Of a stretch of 64,000 bases of DNA, positions 26,373-39,398 are shown one piece after another. Positions within the stretch are counted from its first letter, which is position 1. Each line of letters begins with the position of its first letter. Both the position numbers and the translations under genes were made by a program. Origin of the DNA: the human T2T-CHM13v2.0 reference genome, Homo sapiens; assembly GCF_009914755.1 (NCBI RefSeq), contig NC_060934.1, one strand, 5' to 3'. The notes under the pieces were generated by a model. It searched no databases. It was not told the origin of the DNA and was given only the letters and a program-made list of their open reading frames with translations.

Positions 26373-26734
26373 AGTATTCGTCCATTTTCATACTGCTATG
26401 AAGAAATACCCAAGACTAGATGACTTATAAAGAAAAAGAGTTCAATGGACTCATAGTTCCACACGGCTGGGGAGGACTCACAAACCTGGTGGAAGGCGAA
26501 GGTGGAGCAAGGGCACATTTTGCATGATGGCAAGCAAGAGAGTGTGTGAGGGGAACTGCCCTTTATAAAACAATCAGATCTCATGAGACTTATACACTAT
26601 CATGAGAACAGCATGGGAAAAACCCACCCCCATGATTCAATGACCTCCCACTGGGTCCCTCCCATGACACATGGGGATTATGGGAGCTGCAATTCAAGAT
26701 GAGATTTGAGTAAGGACACAGCCAAACCATATCA
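26373..26734 (-). mobile_element. THE1B/C-like solo LTR inserted into a MIR (~26325-26860)
   Basis: Ends ...CCAAACCATATCA with exact 5-bp TSD CCTAG (26368-26372, 26735-26739). MIR sequence is continuous across it. Confidence 0.93.
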
Positions 26735-28544
26735 CCTAGTAATTGTGCAAACTTACACTAGTAAATTTTTCTCTCTGGGTCCCAGTTTCCTGTAAATTGG
26801 GTTTACAGTAATATCTCTCTTACAGAATTTTAACAGGAAATTTATTTGAGAGACCATGAGTTATGATCTTTCACATTCAGTATGAATCAATACATCAATT
26901 AAAGGAAAACAAATGGTAGTCCCATTCTATTTATTTCATTCTTCACTTATGAGTAAAAGTTGTATTAAACTATCCAGTCTTTAGGGCACATACCCAGTGA
27001 GGTACATAAGACAGCTGGTCTGGAACAGGAGTCCATGTGCTCTGTGTTGATAAAGATAGGTTTTATCCATGAGAAAGAATCTATCTGGGAAGTTCTATAG
27101 TACAAATGCCAGACTCATTATCCATAACACTGAGCCAAAGAACCCTGAACACTCAATACTAAGTGCCACCTTGGCTTCAGAAGCAGAGGAAGTGGTTTGC
27201 TTCCATAGTACATCCATGGCACACTTGGTCACGTGCCAAGTGTTCTCTTTAATGTCCCCAAAACTCTAAAGATTCTGAACATGAAAACATGTATCATACT
27301 GCCAAAATCACTAATGACCAAAAGCAAATAAGAGGAAAATGAGAGCACTAAAGCAACCTGACCCAATTTTGGATCCTGCCCACATGTTAAAGAAGTGCCA
27401 AGTGATTTCCACACGTCACACCTGCTTAGTTAGCAATAATAAAAGCTTTCAGAAGATCAGAGGGAAATTAAATAGTTACAGATAAATGATCTAACAATTT
27501 TATCTCAGCCAGAGAAGGGACAGGATGCAATTTAATAACATGATCACAAGTGGAATTGCAGTTTAATGACCTTGCACTTTATAATTTAATGGGACACACA
27601 TAGTACCACACTGAAAGTAAATGGATTGTCAAATGCAAATGCATATACTGGCATTTTATAAATAAATTATTACGGCACTAATTGCAATTAAATTGCCATG
27701 GTTTAATATGGCCTAGTAATTAAGTCATAAGTGGCTTGCTGCCTGGTTCTTGCCTGAACCTGGCAACAAAGAAAACTATTTGACTCAGCTAAAGTAGTTC
27801 TGAATATACCCTCAAACTTTTGTAGGGCAATGGAGGTCCAAAGGAATCCCAGCTCTACACTTAAGGGTTATTTCTCCTCCCCCTTGCCTTTTTAAATGAA
27901 TATTTACAAAGAAAAACAATGCCAAAGTAAATTGGGTTAACTTGAACTCTTCTTGTGTGTCAAGAAATACTGCCAATTCTGACTCAGTCTTCTCCAAAAA
28001 ATTTTTTTTCCCTGAAAGCTTAGGGCACCTCTCCGGTTAGCTAGTTTCACCACCCATATATTCCTCGGTACTGAAAGGAGAATGCCTTTGTCAGAAATGC
28101 CACTACAGTTGTGAGCGTTGGTTATACATAAAACTTCCATGGGATCCCTTTGGGTCATCTGTCCCTGTCTGTGCTCCCATGGCTCCTGTGTTTAACCATG
28201 TCAAAGTATTGTTTTCTCCACATTTCAATCATTTATTCCTGGATATATGTATCCATTTACCTGAGGGCAGAACTATGACCCTTTGTATTATTTCCAGATC
28301 CTAAAATATGCTATGTATTCAAATCTATTGGTTGTTAGTGAAGGAAAAAAAAGAAAGTAAAGCTAATTCACAACTCATCATAATCACTAAAAGCCCATAT
28401 GTAATAATTAATTAAATCAATTCATACTCATTTCAGTGTCTGCCAACTGCAAGGGTTTTTGAAGATATAAACAGAGATACATGATAATCCCTGTCTTCAA
28501 ATGAAGTACAGTCCACTTACCAAAAAGAATACCCATATAAAGAT

Positions 28545-28760
28545 AAAATCACTTTTTGCCAGACACTGCTTTGAAAACAATATGAGCTCTTCAATCCTCA
28601 CAATGATGCTATTATTGTACTATTAGTATCCCTACTTCATATATGAGAAAATGCACACCAAGTTTAAGAAACTTTCCCAAGGCCTCTCTACTGGTAAATG
28701 AAACAGCCAGGCTTGTGTCCCAGGCTAGCTGGCTCCTGAGCCTACATGTTTAATTACTGC
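28545..28760 (-). mobile_element. MIR
   Basis: tattagtatccctacttcatatatgagaaaatg...actttcccaaggcc. Confidence 0.7.
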
Positions 28761-30039
28761 AAGATTTAACTACAAGAATACTCTATTTAAAGTATTAAAT
28801 AGAGTATTTAAAGGAAGTGAAGGTCAATGATCTTTAATGCATTGAGGCAACTAAAGACAGGGTCAAAGCAGAAGTAGTGTCTCCAAGGGTGGGCAGGGTC
28901 AGATGGAGAAAGGAGTTGATGAGTAAGGAAAGTCAGAATGGAGTCAAAGGTGAACATGGTATGGTCAGAGCAAAGGGCTCAGGTGGACCACAAGGAAAGA
29001 TAAAGCTATAGTAAAATTGTGGAGGACTTCACCACCCATGCTAAAGAAACCTTCAGATGTTGTTGACATCTGATCTTTGCAGCCAGAAAATTCTGGTCAC
29101 TTGGCCCATCTTTAAGCTAAATTTCTTGACTGAATGCCCACTGAAGCAATAGCATTTTCTTCTCCCCAACTTTGTCATGCGGTCACTCAAATAAGGTTAA
29201 AGCAGCAGGTAGATAAACTCTGCCCTCCCTTTTCATGCCTTGTCACACACAGTAAGTCTAAAAAGGGTGAGGACAGGTACATTCCATCAAAAAAGGGCAG
29301 AACATAGAAGCTGCTTCTTTCTTCCTTTGCAGACACTTCCCTGGGAGAGTTTCTGCACTTGCTAGTGCTTTATATGTCAGTGCTGACTTCTTTGACTGAG
29401 GCCACAGGTTTTGGATAAACCAGGAAGTAAAATGCTTGGATACTCATTTCATATTGTCAGTGTCCTCCCAAATCTACTTTGGCACATGATAAATATTAGG
29501 AACAAAAGCTGTTTCATGCATCACTATTTTAACTGGCAAGGTATTTTATTAAACTAGGGTAATGAGTAATGGGGATGTTTTTGAACTTCATCAGTTATAA
29601 ATGATCTCTTGTGTAAAAGAACACACAATAGGCATCTCTTACCCGGTATCAGTTAGGTCAATGTCTCCATAAGGACTGGATTTCTGGGTTACTCTATGAC
29701 CAAATTCCATCTTGCTGATCCAAGCTCCAATCTACTAAAAACCACAAATTCTTGTGCTTAGTCTTGACTCATTGAGGAGAGCAGATTCCCACAAGGTAGA
29801 CCCTGACCTTCAGGAATCCCCTGGGAAAATTTTAAACCCTTGAGACCAATTTCTCTGGAAAAATCACAAGCAGAAAAAGAGACCTGCAGAGCTGTCTGAA
29901 AGATGGTGGCTAACTAGGAGTCCTAAATATATGAAAAGTCTAAGCATTTCAAATCAATACTATTATCAACTAGGCTAATGATTGATGGGCTAAATGTGTA
30001 GGCTAATGATAACAGCAAAAGCATTAGAACTCCAATTTT

Positions 30040-30245
30040 GGTGTTCTACTATAGGCTAGGCACAGTGTTAGGTACTGCATCCCACTTCTCATTACAACCT
30101 TAGGAGGTGATCATTATTACATTTTCACATTTCTAGATAGGGAAACCAAGCCTCCAAATGATAAAATAATTTGCCCATATGGCAGGCAATAGAATTTGCC
30201 AGAGTTAATACAATATGTCTCTAAATTCTGTGGTCTTAAGCACCA
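30040..30245 (-). mobile_element. MIR
   Basis: cacatttctagatagggaaaccaagcctcc...taatttgccca. Confidence 0.65.
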
Positions 30246-30968
30246 CCCTGTAGCTAGTTCACCAATCTACCAACATTCATCAATGTAGAACAGGGGTACA
30301 TCTTCCAGATGACCCAGTATTTTTATTGAAGGACCTCTCCATCATGTACAGATTTGGAAATAACTAAATTCATCTGCCCAACTATTTACCATAGGCCCAA
30401 GATTGCATTGATTTAGCCTTGCTGGATTTTCTTTAAATTAAATTATTTTGTGTTTGAAGAGAGTTCACAGAAGAGTAGGGATTGACTGTTGCAATCATCA
30501 GCAGAATTAAAAAGAATTTTTGGATTATCCTCAGGTATCTGTTGGATCCTAAGTAAAATATATAAGAGAAAACAGCGTATGAACGGGGAACAGTCTATGC
30601 TCACTGTATAAATGAGGTCCTAAAACAAAGCAACCTAGTTTATTTGTTCTGTTGTTTTTCTGAAAATAACTGTCTTCAGAAAAATGGTCTTATTTGATAA
30701 AAGGGGCTAATTTTTTGCTTATTCATTTATGTAGGTAGGTATGCATATGTATACATACGTGTATATATATGTATGTGTGTATGTATATATATATATTTTT
30801 CCCCTATGTCCCAGACATTTTCAGTGACCAAGAATAACAGCTATTTTCCTCTTTCTCTTTTTCTTCCTCCTCCCCATTGTCATATACATTTGATACTTTA
30901 AGGGGAATTTGATCTTTATTAGCTTCTTTTTTCCTCTCAGCAACCATGTAGAAAAGGTAGGCTGATTA

Positions 30969-31475
30969 TGACCAAAAGGTCTTAATGTTTCCTTCAGCTT
31001 GATGAGACTTTCAACAGGTCTCCTCCTAACTATAGGCCTCTGACCTACATTTTCTTTGAGCATTCACTTTAGAAAACTTGGTATTGTTAATTCTTTCTCT
31101 GCCACTTTGAGTTGGAAATCTTCTCCCACCTCTTGCTGGTTTTACAACCCAGGAATATCTTTCTCAAGGAACTGAAAGCCATCCTTTTGAAATGTAATCA
31201 TTAAGGACGATAGTTCCCCTAGATCGCATCTCTATGGAAGGGTAGGGGGTTAACTTTGATAAGTGCCAATTAGAAAATACAGATGGCCTGATCTTATTGA
31301 ATAATCTACCCACTAACATCCTTCAGTATTCTTCGCCTAGCTCACCCCAGCACTTAAAAACCCTTCTGCCCTTGTTTCATCAGAATTGACTTCAATATCT
31401 CTCCCCTGTTGCAATAGTTTTGAATGAAGTTTCCTTTGCCTATTTAATTCTGTTCAACAAAATTTTTCTTTGGCA
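30969..31475 (+). mobile_element. ERV1 solo LTR (MER67-like) inserted into a MIR
   Basis: TGACCAA...TTTGGCA termini and near TSD ATTA/GTTA. MIR core (cagatgtggaaacaga) resumes at 31476. Confidence 0.75.
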
Positions 31476-31680
31476 GTTATTGTCACTACTGTTCTGCAGA
31501 TGTGGAAACAGATTCTAAGAAAGTCAAGAATTTGCCCAAGGACACAGAACTGGCAATTAACAGAGACAGAGCCAGAATTTGTTTGTTTTGCTCCCACTGC
31601 TCTTTCTGCAGTAGCAATGGGGCAAATGGAGAAAAAGAGACCTCAGAAGTCAGATGTTTCAGACATTTAAAAGCTGGGGA

Positions 31681-32342
31681 TCAAACTGCTTTTGCAAAAA
31701 TTATAACTAGGAAATTACGACAGTGAAAGAGATCTGACCTAACCTACTCCATCTTGCTTCTAACCTCCAAACTGTCCTTGTTCATTTTGGGGCATCAGCC
31801 ATATTAGCTTTGGGAGGAACTTGATTTATAATTTAACTTTGAAACAAAGACAATAACAGCATTTTCCCAAAACAAACCCCCTTCTTGCCTGGGACTAGAT
31901 TGCCTTTTCAGGACTAAAAACTTAGTCATAAGATGAGAAATTGTGGTTTAGGAGTCACTGTTGAAAAACCTGAGATCAACACTTAAGATATTTTGCAGAC
32001 CCTGCATTCCAATGTACCACCTAGATGGATAAACTGGCTCATCTGGTCTTGTGGCCCCGACCCAGGGACTAACAGCACAACAGGACAGCTTTAACTCCCT
32101 ATGATTTCATTTTTGACCTGACCAGTCAGCACACCCCCCCTTTCTCAACCCCTACTCACCAAATTACTCTTCAAAAAGCCATCCTCAAATTTTCAGGGAG
32201 ACTGATTTGAGTAATAATAAAACTCAGTCTCGGGTACAGTTGGCTCTATATGAACTAAACTCCTTCTCAATTGCAATTTCCCTGTCTTGATAAATCAGCT
32301 CGGTCTAGGCAGTAGGCAAAGAGAACCTGTTGGGCAGTAACA
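31681..32342 (+). mobile_element. ERV1 solo LTR (LTR8/LTR8A-like)
   Basis: gacagtgaaagagatctgacctaacctactccatcttgcttctaacctcc, AATAAA at ~32216, ends GGGCAGTAACA. Confidence 0.88.
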
Positions 32343-32410
32343 GGAGTGTTGATCCTTTCTGTCTGGGTTATCTCCTGCTTATACCCACATCTTGTGAATG
32401 AGAATCAAAG

Positions 32411-32412
<2 letters not shown>

Positions 32413-32445
<33 letters not shown>

Positions 32446-32464
32446 TGTCTGTGTGCGCGCACAC
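32413..32464. repeat. (GT)n/(GC)n microsatellite
   Basis: Directly visible alternating purine-pyrimidine tract. Confidence 0.95.
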
Positions 32465-33901
32465 CTGTTTAGATGCACAAACAATATGTCTTTTGTTTTG
32501 TTTTGCTTAAGTGGGGGTGGAGAAAGTGAGGTAATCCTAAAGTCTTCTTCTAAGATGTAGGTAATGGCTAAATGTGGAATACGAACAGACCAAGTTTGCT
32601 TATGTGGAACATGGACTAAAGCCCTTCTTACATCCCCTTTTTACCTATTTCAGTGACTAGAGAACAGAGTGCTCTGAATGTTTTGCAGGTCGTCTTGTTG
32701 GGAAGGTGAAGAAGCTGAGCAGAGGTGATGAAGGGTGCTTTATGGTCTTTATTAGCCAATAATGACAATATTGTTTTAAAGCCTGCCTATAACAAAGGCA
32801 GTTTCATAGCACAGGTTTTGTGTGTGGGATATGCAACAATTCATTTCTTACCATATAGTGATCCATTAACAAGTGGAGGAAGGAAAGAATACAGCAATGT
32901 TTTTAGGGACAATTTTAGAATTACATTAAGCAAATTGATCACAGGAACAGACCAATGAACCATATAATCACATGCCTTGACTCTAATCATTCTAATTACT
33001 TCAGAAAGAACTGTTTAAGATAATGATAGTGACTCATGATTGCCAGGTAGTATCCATCTTTGGGGTATAAAATTCAGAATAACAAGTTTCAATATTCTTA
33101 TTCTCAGAATGCTAATCTGAAATTAAGTAGAAGAAATTGCTGTTATTTTAACTCGACTTGGACAGTGCTGATAGCTGAAGCATGGTCTAGATGAACAATA
33201 AGAATTTGAGAGTTTAATTGGTATTTGCAACTTGGTCTGTATTATGAGGACACCAGAGGTATATTTTAAGGTTTCTCCCCATTAAAACTTATGTTTTGAA
33301 TGAAGACACACATCTTAGACATAGCTTCATCATGCACACACAGAAAACTCAATCAGTGGTAGATGTTAATAGTTCATTGTTTTGAGTATATGCCCCAAAA
33401 TTAATCACACCTAGGTTTATATTCCATCTTGGTCACTGTGTTTTCTTTGGTAAAATATTCAATCTCTCTGAAATTTTATCTCCTTTTCTATAGAAAAAAG
33501 ATAATTATATTAGCTACCATATACAGTTTTGTGACAGTCCGATAATGAAAAGGCATAAGACAGTGTCTAAGACATAGTGAATGATCAATAAACGTTATCT
33601 ATCACAGTTATTACTAATAAATAAAGATAAGATAAAAGGCAAGGCAGGGAATGCCTAGGTGAAGCACAGGGTGTGTATTGGAAGCAGCATCTTAAGGAAG
33701 TATTATGCCAGAGTCAAGAGGATGACCTGAAATTTGTCAATCTAGACAGGGCTAGTCAAGAGCATACCTTCTCTTGAAGTCCAAGGTGTGTGTAAGAAAG
33801 GAAAACAGATGAAAGGAGGGATTTAAAGCAAATGGTGAAAATTAGACCTGGGAGTTAATTCTTAGCTGGCATGCATGTAACTCAGGTGAGTTTTTACAGA
33901 C

Positions 33902-33980
33902 TAGGTTGATGCAAAAGCACTTGTGGTTTTTGTCATTCCTTTTATGGCAAAAAATACAATTACTTTTTCAGCAAACTAAT
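33902..33980. mobile_element. MADE1 (Hsmar1-derived MITE)
   Basis: ~80-bp imperfect palindrome taggttgatgcaaaag...ttactttttcagcaaactaa matching the MADE1 pattern. Confidence 0.88.
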
Positions 33981-34399
33981 AATTCTTCCAGTCATTCGGC
34001 ATCAGTGATGGTAGTAGAATGGACACCACAAAATATAAAGAGCCAATTATTATTATTATTATTTTTTAGAATTCTAACAACCACTTCATCCTCTTCCTCT
34101 TACTGCTGGGCTCATTTATTTTTATCATAACAACCTCTTCCTTGGAAAAAGACTATGACTACTAGGCCCCTGACTGTACTTCAGGTCTATTATTGCCCCT
34201 TACCAAGTAGTTGACTATCTGAGGACAAGCACAATTTGGTGCCAGAGTAGTTGTGACACATTTGAGATTAACTTTGATACCCATTATTTATGTACCTAAC
34301 GGGGGCTCCTCCCACTCACAGCTCCTACAGAGTGATTATTTTAACATATAACTCAGTCAGTTCACTCTGAATACCTTAATTGGCTTAGAGATGGACATG

Positions 34400-34860
34400 T
34401 AACTACGAGTGGACCATCCAAAAATTGTCTTGGAAAGAAAAGCAATGGCAAAGAGACTCATAGTTTGGGAATATGAACTGGAAGACACAGATGGCAATTT
34501 CAGATGTTGGGGTTTCAAAGTCATGTAATCTTGAAGCTGAGGCTGCTGTTTCCAGCCTAGATGCACATACAATTATAAATGAGTAGAATCTAGGAAAAAG
34601 GGAATGAAGAGAGACAGAGAAGAAAGTACATTTGCAGAGAGTTAACCCAGAGAAGACAGGGAAAGGTGAAATGAAGAGAGTACTATGGAGCAGAACTGCC
34701 TTTCTAGATATTTGATTCTTAATCTTCCTAAGGCCTAGTGTCGAGCTGTTTTCAGAGTGTCCTGCAAACTCTCTGTGGCTGTACAATGATCCCTCCAACT
34801 GCCCCTTTTATTTGAGCTTGTTTGTCTTTCTTACCATAAATATGGACCTAACTAGGAGAG
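34400..34860 (+). mobile_element. Probable ancient MLT1-type LTR
   Basis: AG-rich core and MLT1-like terminus (tttttatttgagcttg...cctaacta). Confidence 0.4.
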
Positions 34861-35124
34861 AAACCTCATGTTCACTCTGCAAGCAAAGAGCTGGAAGAAC
34901 CAACTGAACACAAACTTGTTTTTTTCCTAAATTTCCACATCCATACTGGCCAATGTTATGAGAATGGCCCAGAGAAACTATAAAAAAAGCATCATAACCA
35001 CTGGAAGGGTCATGGGACAGCCATTTTAAATGTAGTCCAGCTCAGTGAAGACAGTGCCTTTTCCCAAGTAGGTCTATTGCTAATGCAGTAGGAGCCTCAC
35101 AGCTCAGGGGAAATAAGCAGGGAC

Positions 35125-35340
35125 TGGACAGCCCTGAAGACCATGGTTTAAATCTGACTCCTCCACTTACTGACTGTGTTACCCTGAGAGAACTAGTTTA
35201 CTTCTAAGACACTCAGTTTCTGCATCTGTGAAACTAGGATAGTGACATCTAACTTACATAGATTTGGAATAGACCTACTATAATAGTGTCCATGCAGCTT
35301 CCAGTACAATTTCTGCCATGAGTTTGAAAAAATGTAGCAT
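35125..35340 (+). mobile_element. MIR
   Basis: ctccacttactgactgtgttaccctgag...ctcagtttctgcatctgtgaaactaggatagt. Confidence 0.85.
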
Positions 35341-37602
35341 TTTTTTCTTGCTGGACAATTTGTCAAGCTGAGTGTAGACTGGATTTCAGCTCCAATTTAC
35401 TTTTTCAGCTCTGTCCTCTTCAATAATGGTGCATGGTGACCCTCAATATGAGATACAAGGTAAGTGGTGGTTATCATCATGTTTGTGTGGGTGATTTATA
35501 TCAGGAAAACAACATAGATTCATTTAAGGAAGGTGAAACTAACGTTTTCCCTCAGAGAAGTTTACATAACTGGTAGAGAAGCTTGGATAAAAATTCTAAA
35601 ACGAGGAATCACAAAGTGTTTCAGCTAGTTAGGAAAATCAGTACAGATCAGTGAGCTGTCAAAAGAATGAATTACTTCTCATTGGTTATAACGGAAATTG
35701 GTTTGCACTTACCTATTTCGGATTAATTTTTTAACCCGATGTCTGACCAAATGTCACCCTACGCACCAAATCAGAAACAAATTGACAAGGGAAGAAAACA
35801 TGCCCCAGACTTCCAAAAGATAGGCTACCCACCAAGAAACAGTTGATCTCTGTATAATGCAGAGTACGTAACTGAAAATGACACTAAATGGGGAAAAAGT
35901 CTTGTCTAATTTTATGAACATGCTAGATACAGTTTGCTGACAGATTTATGGATTATAACTGGCTGACATCCTTCTGTTTAAATGTTCACTTGTTTCCTTC
36001 GAAGACAAGAAAATCAGTTAATCTTAAGGCCCTTTGAATGATCTTTCCCCAGAACTTAATGGACTTGAAATCTGTCTGAGAGCAATTCATTCAATCTGAC
36101 GCAATGCTACAGATGGTAACCATCTGAAGCCCTGAGTTGTAGAAATTCTAAAAAGTGACAGACTTCCTCAAATAGTATTCTACATGGAGGTGAGAAATAA
36201 TTAATGCATTCCAAATTAGAAATAAGAGGGAGGCATTATTTGCAATCCTTGATCTTCTTTGAGAGATCTACCTTATAAAATTGCTGAGTGACTCAAACCC
36301 CAGGATACTGTGACAAGTGCTTAGTCCTTCTGTGTTCTTTCTATACCTTTCAGGAAAGGTGGAAATAAAAGAACTCAGAACCATGTAATTCTTATCTTCA
36401 AAGCAAGGGGACAAGACAGATAAAAAGAGTGCCTTAAGTAAACACTGAAAATTTGTTTAAAAGTATCATCTAAAAGACAAGTCAGAAAAAATGCTTTTAC
36501 TTCCAGGTTTGGCAGATGTTAAGAAGTTTCGCAGTTATCAAATTCAGAAAAAGCTTCAATTTTGTATTGATAATCATGAAAAAGCCAAGAATGTTTAATA
36601 TTCCACCACTACATTATGTTGTTTTTATTTATTCTACCCATATACTTTATCCCAACTTCTATAAAGGTTTAAGAACAATAAAGGAAAATAGGAAGAAGAT
36701 TCTTGTGAGACAGGTCTGAAAAAGGTTAGCAAATAGCCTAAAGTACAATAAATTCTCAATAAAATGACCTTCCCTTCCTCCGATAGGGCATCTTGATTCT
36801 ATCTTAGGGATTCCTAGTAAGTCTAGTAGAAGGCAGCTGGCTAATCCTTCCCAAAAAAGAAGTAGTCCTGAAGAGTCTCTGAATCTCTGATAGAAAGCTG
36901 TTCTCTCAATAAGAGTGAATGGCACATCCAATACTGAAAAACACTCAACTCATATCGGAGGGTAGTGAGGGGAGATGCCTGCTAATCCTCCATCAGGATC
37001 AGTCTTGGGTGCCTACAGCCAAGAACTACACATGTCCTCTACCAGGTAAAAAGAAGTGATCATCTGGAGTCCTAAGAACTAAATAGACATGATTTTGAAT
37101 CCTGTGGGACACAGTATAACTTTCTCTGACCCATAGTTTATTATTCAAGTGGACTAAAAATTTCTACTATGTAAGAGTGAAGTAAAGAATAAAAGATAAT
37201 ATGAGAAGATATTAATGTAGTTCCTGGCACTTGGTACATATTAAATGGTAAAACAGTAAGTTAGTAATATCTCCATGTGAATCAGGATACTAGAGATGAG
37301 AGGAGATTTCTGGGGAACATGGAACCCCAGCTGATGATGAAGAAGACTCAGTACATTAAGAAGTGGTAGGACTTCCAAGCACAAATTTTGCTAAATTTGC
37401 AAAATTCCACAAATCGTCAGAAGTATAATATTCTTTAAGAAGAAATAAAGTCAGCCATCTTTACATTACCATTATCTTATTCTCTCAAACTTGGGCTGAA
37501 ATAAAAATAGTCCACTGGACTGATGTTAGAATACTGGGCACCAAAAGCTGTATGATAACTCAAATTCCAAACTCAACAGAAAAAATACAAATGTTCCAGA
37601 CG

Positions 37603-37893
37603 TTTCTTTTTCTTTCTTTTTTTTTTTTCCAGACAGGGTCCTGCTCTGTCACCCAGGCTGGAGTGCAGTGGTGTGATCACCACTAACTGCAGTCTCAACT
37701 TCCTGGGTGCAAGTGATTCTCCTACCTCAGCTTGCCATCTCACCTCCCCAGTAGCTGGGACCGCAGGTGTGCATCACCAAGCTCAACTAATTTTTTAAAA
37801 ATTTGTTTTTGTAGAGATGGGTCTCCATATGTTGCCCAGGCTGGTTTCAAATTCCTAGGCTCAAACAATTTTCCTCCCTCAGGCTCCCAAAGT
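37603..37893 (-). mobile_element. AluJ-type, slightly 5'-truncated
   Basis: AluJ diagnostics (gacagggtc, gatcac..ctaactgcagtctcaacttcctggg, tttgtagagatggg). Degenerate TSD cagac(g/a)t..ctt. Confidence 0.9.
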
Positions 37894-38699
37894 CAGACAT
37901 CCTTCTTGATGGGGAAAAAAAATGGAAAACAAAGAAAGAAATGGGAAGAAGAAAATAACATCCAGTCTTGAGAGCAATTCTCTGGCTTTTAGGTCCTAGC
38001 ATCAAAGTAATCTGAGTTCACTGAGGCTTTGTAAACAGCCCATGTATGTTTCTGTTTTCAAATACCTGCACACATTCCTCCAGACCGTAAGACTTAAGAG
38101 ATTTTAGGAACACAAAAGAAGAGATCATGGCTAAACTTATGTAATACATAGTCACATGGCCTGAGTTTGAATACCAGGTTGAATTCTGATTAGCATGTGA
38201 CTTGTGAAGACACTCAGCCCTCTAAAACATGGATTCCTTCTTTATGAGGAGGACAAATACTAGTACCCACCTCATAGGGCTGAGGTGAAGGTTCCAATGG
38301 GATGTTGCATATTCAATTCTATGTCAAAGGCTGTTCATGATTAGTACCTGTACTTTGTGTTTTTGATTAGTACCTCTATTTTGGGTTCTGTGAATAATCT
38401 TATCACCTGGTTTGGTTGTAAATGTGATCCATAGGTTTTGAGTTCTTCTACCTAGATTTTCTGGCTAGTTTTACGTGGAGATTAAATAAGATTGAAAAAC
38501 ATCCCTACTGCATTTCTAGAATATTTACTGTTAGTTTTGAAATCTCCACTGAAACTTTTAAATAAGATTTTAATAAACTATTTTAGAACAGTTTTTGATT
38601 TATGGAAAATGTGCAAAGATATTACAGAGAGGTCTCATGTCAGCCTTTTAAAAAACTGGTCCTGAGTCTTCAATTTGATGAGTTTGTACAACTGTAGAC

Positions 38700-39398
38700 A
38701 AGATGCTTAATTGTATACCAGCCATGTGACTGGTCTTTTTTCATCTTGCTAGCATGCTCTTCCTTGACCTCTTGCTCTCTCTCTGATGAAGCAAGTTGCC
38801 ATGTTGCAAAGTGCTCTATGGAGAGATCCACAAGTCTTCTTGCCAACAGCTCCTGAGAAACTGAATCCTACCAACAGCTATGCGAGTCAGTAAGGAAGTA
38901 GTTTCCCCCTAGTCAAGCCTTGAATTTACAGTGACTTTATGAAAGATCCAGAGCTGGAGGACCCAGCTAGGCCATGCCTACAGAGCCCAAATACCTGCAT
39001 ACATTCCTCCAGACTGAGAGACTCCGAAGATTTTATTTTAGGAACGTAATGGTGAGGCTGTGGCTAAATGCATACACTTTAGAGTCACATTGTCAGAGTT
39101 TGAATACCAGGTTGAACTCGGATTAGCACTGTGACTTGCGGAGACACTCAGTTTCTCCAAGCCCCAGGTTCCTTCCCTATAAGGAGGGCAAATAATAGTG
39201 ACCACCTCATAGGACCGACATGAGGGTTTTAATGGGATGGTGCATATTCAATTCTATGCCAAGGGCTGTTCGTGAATAGTACCTATATTTTATGTTTGTG
39301 ATAAGCGTATCTAATGTACAGAAATTGTGAGATAATAAATGTAATTTTAAGTCTAAATTTTGGAGCAATTTGTTATGCTGCAATAAATACCTAATACA
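38700..39398 (+). mobile_element. MLT1-type LTR interrupted by a locally duplicated segment (38988-39305)
   Basis: MLT1 motifs (gaagcaagttgccatgttg, aaactgaatcctaccaaca, acccagcta) and terminus tttgttatgctgcaataaatacctaataca. Confidence 0.8.
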
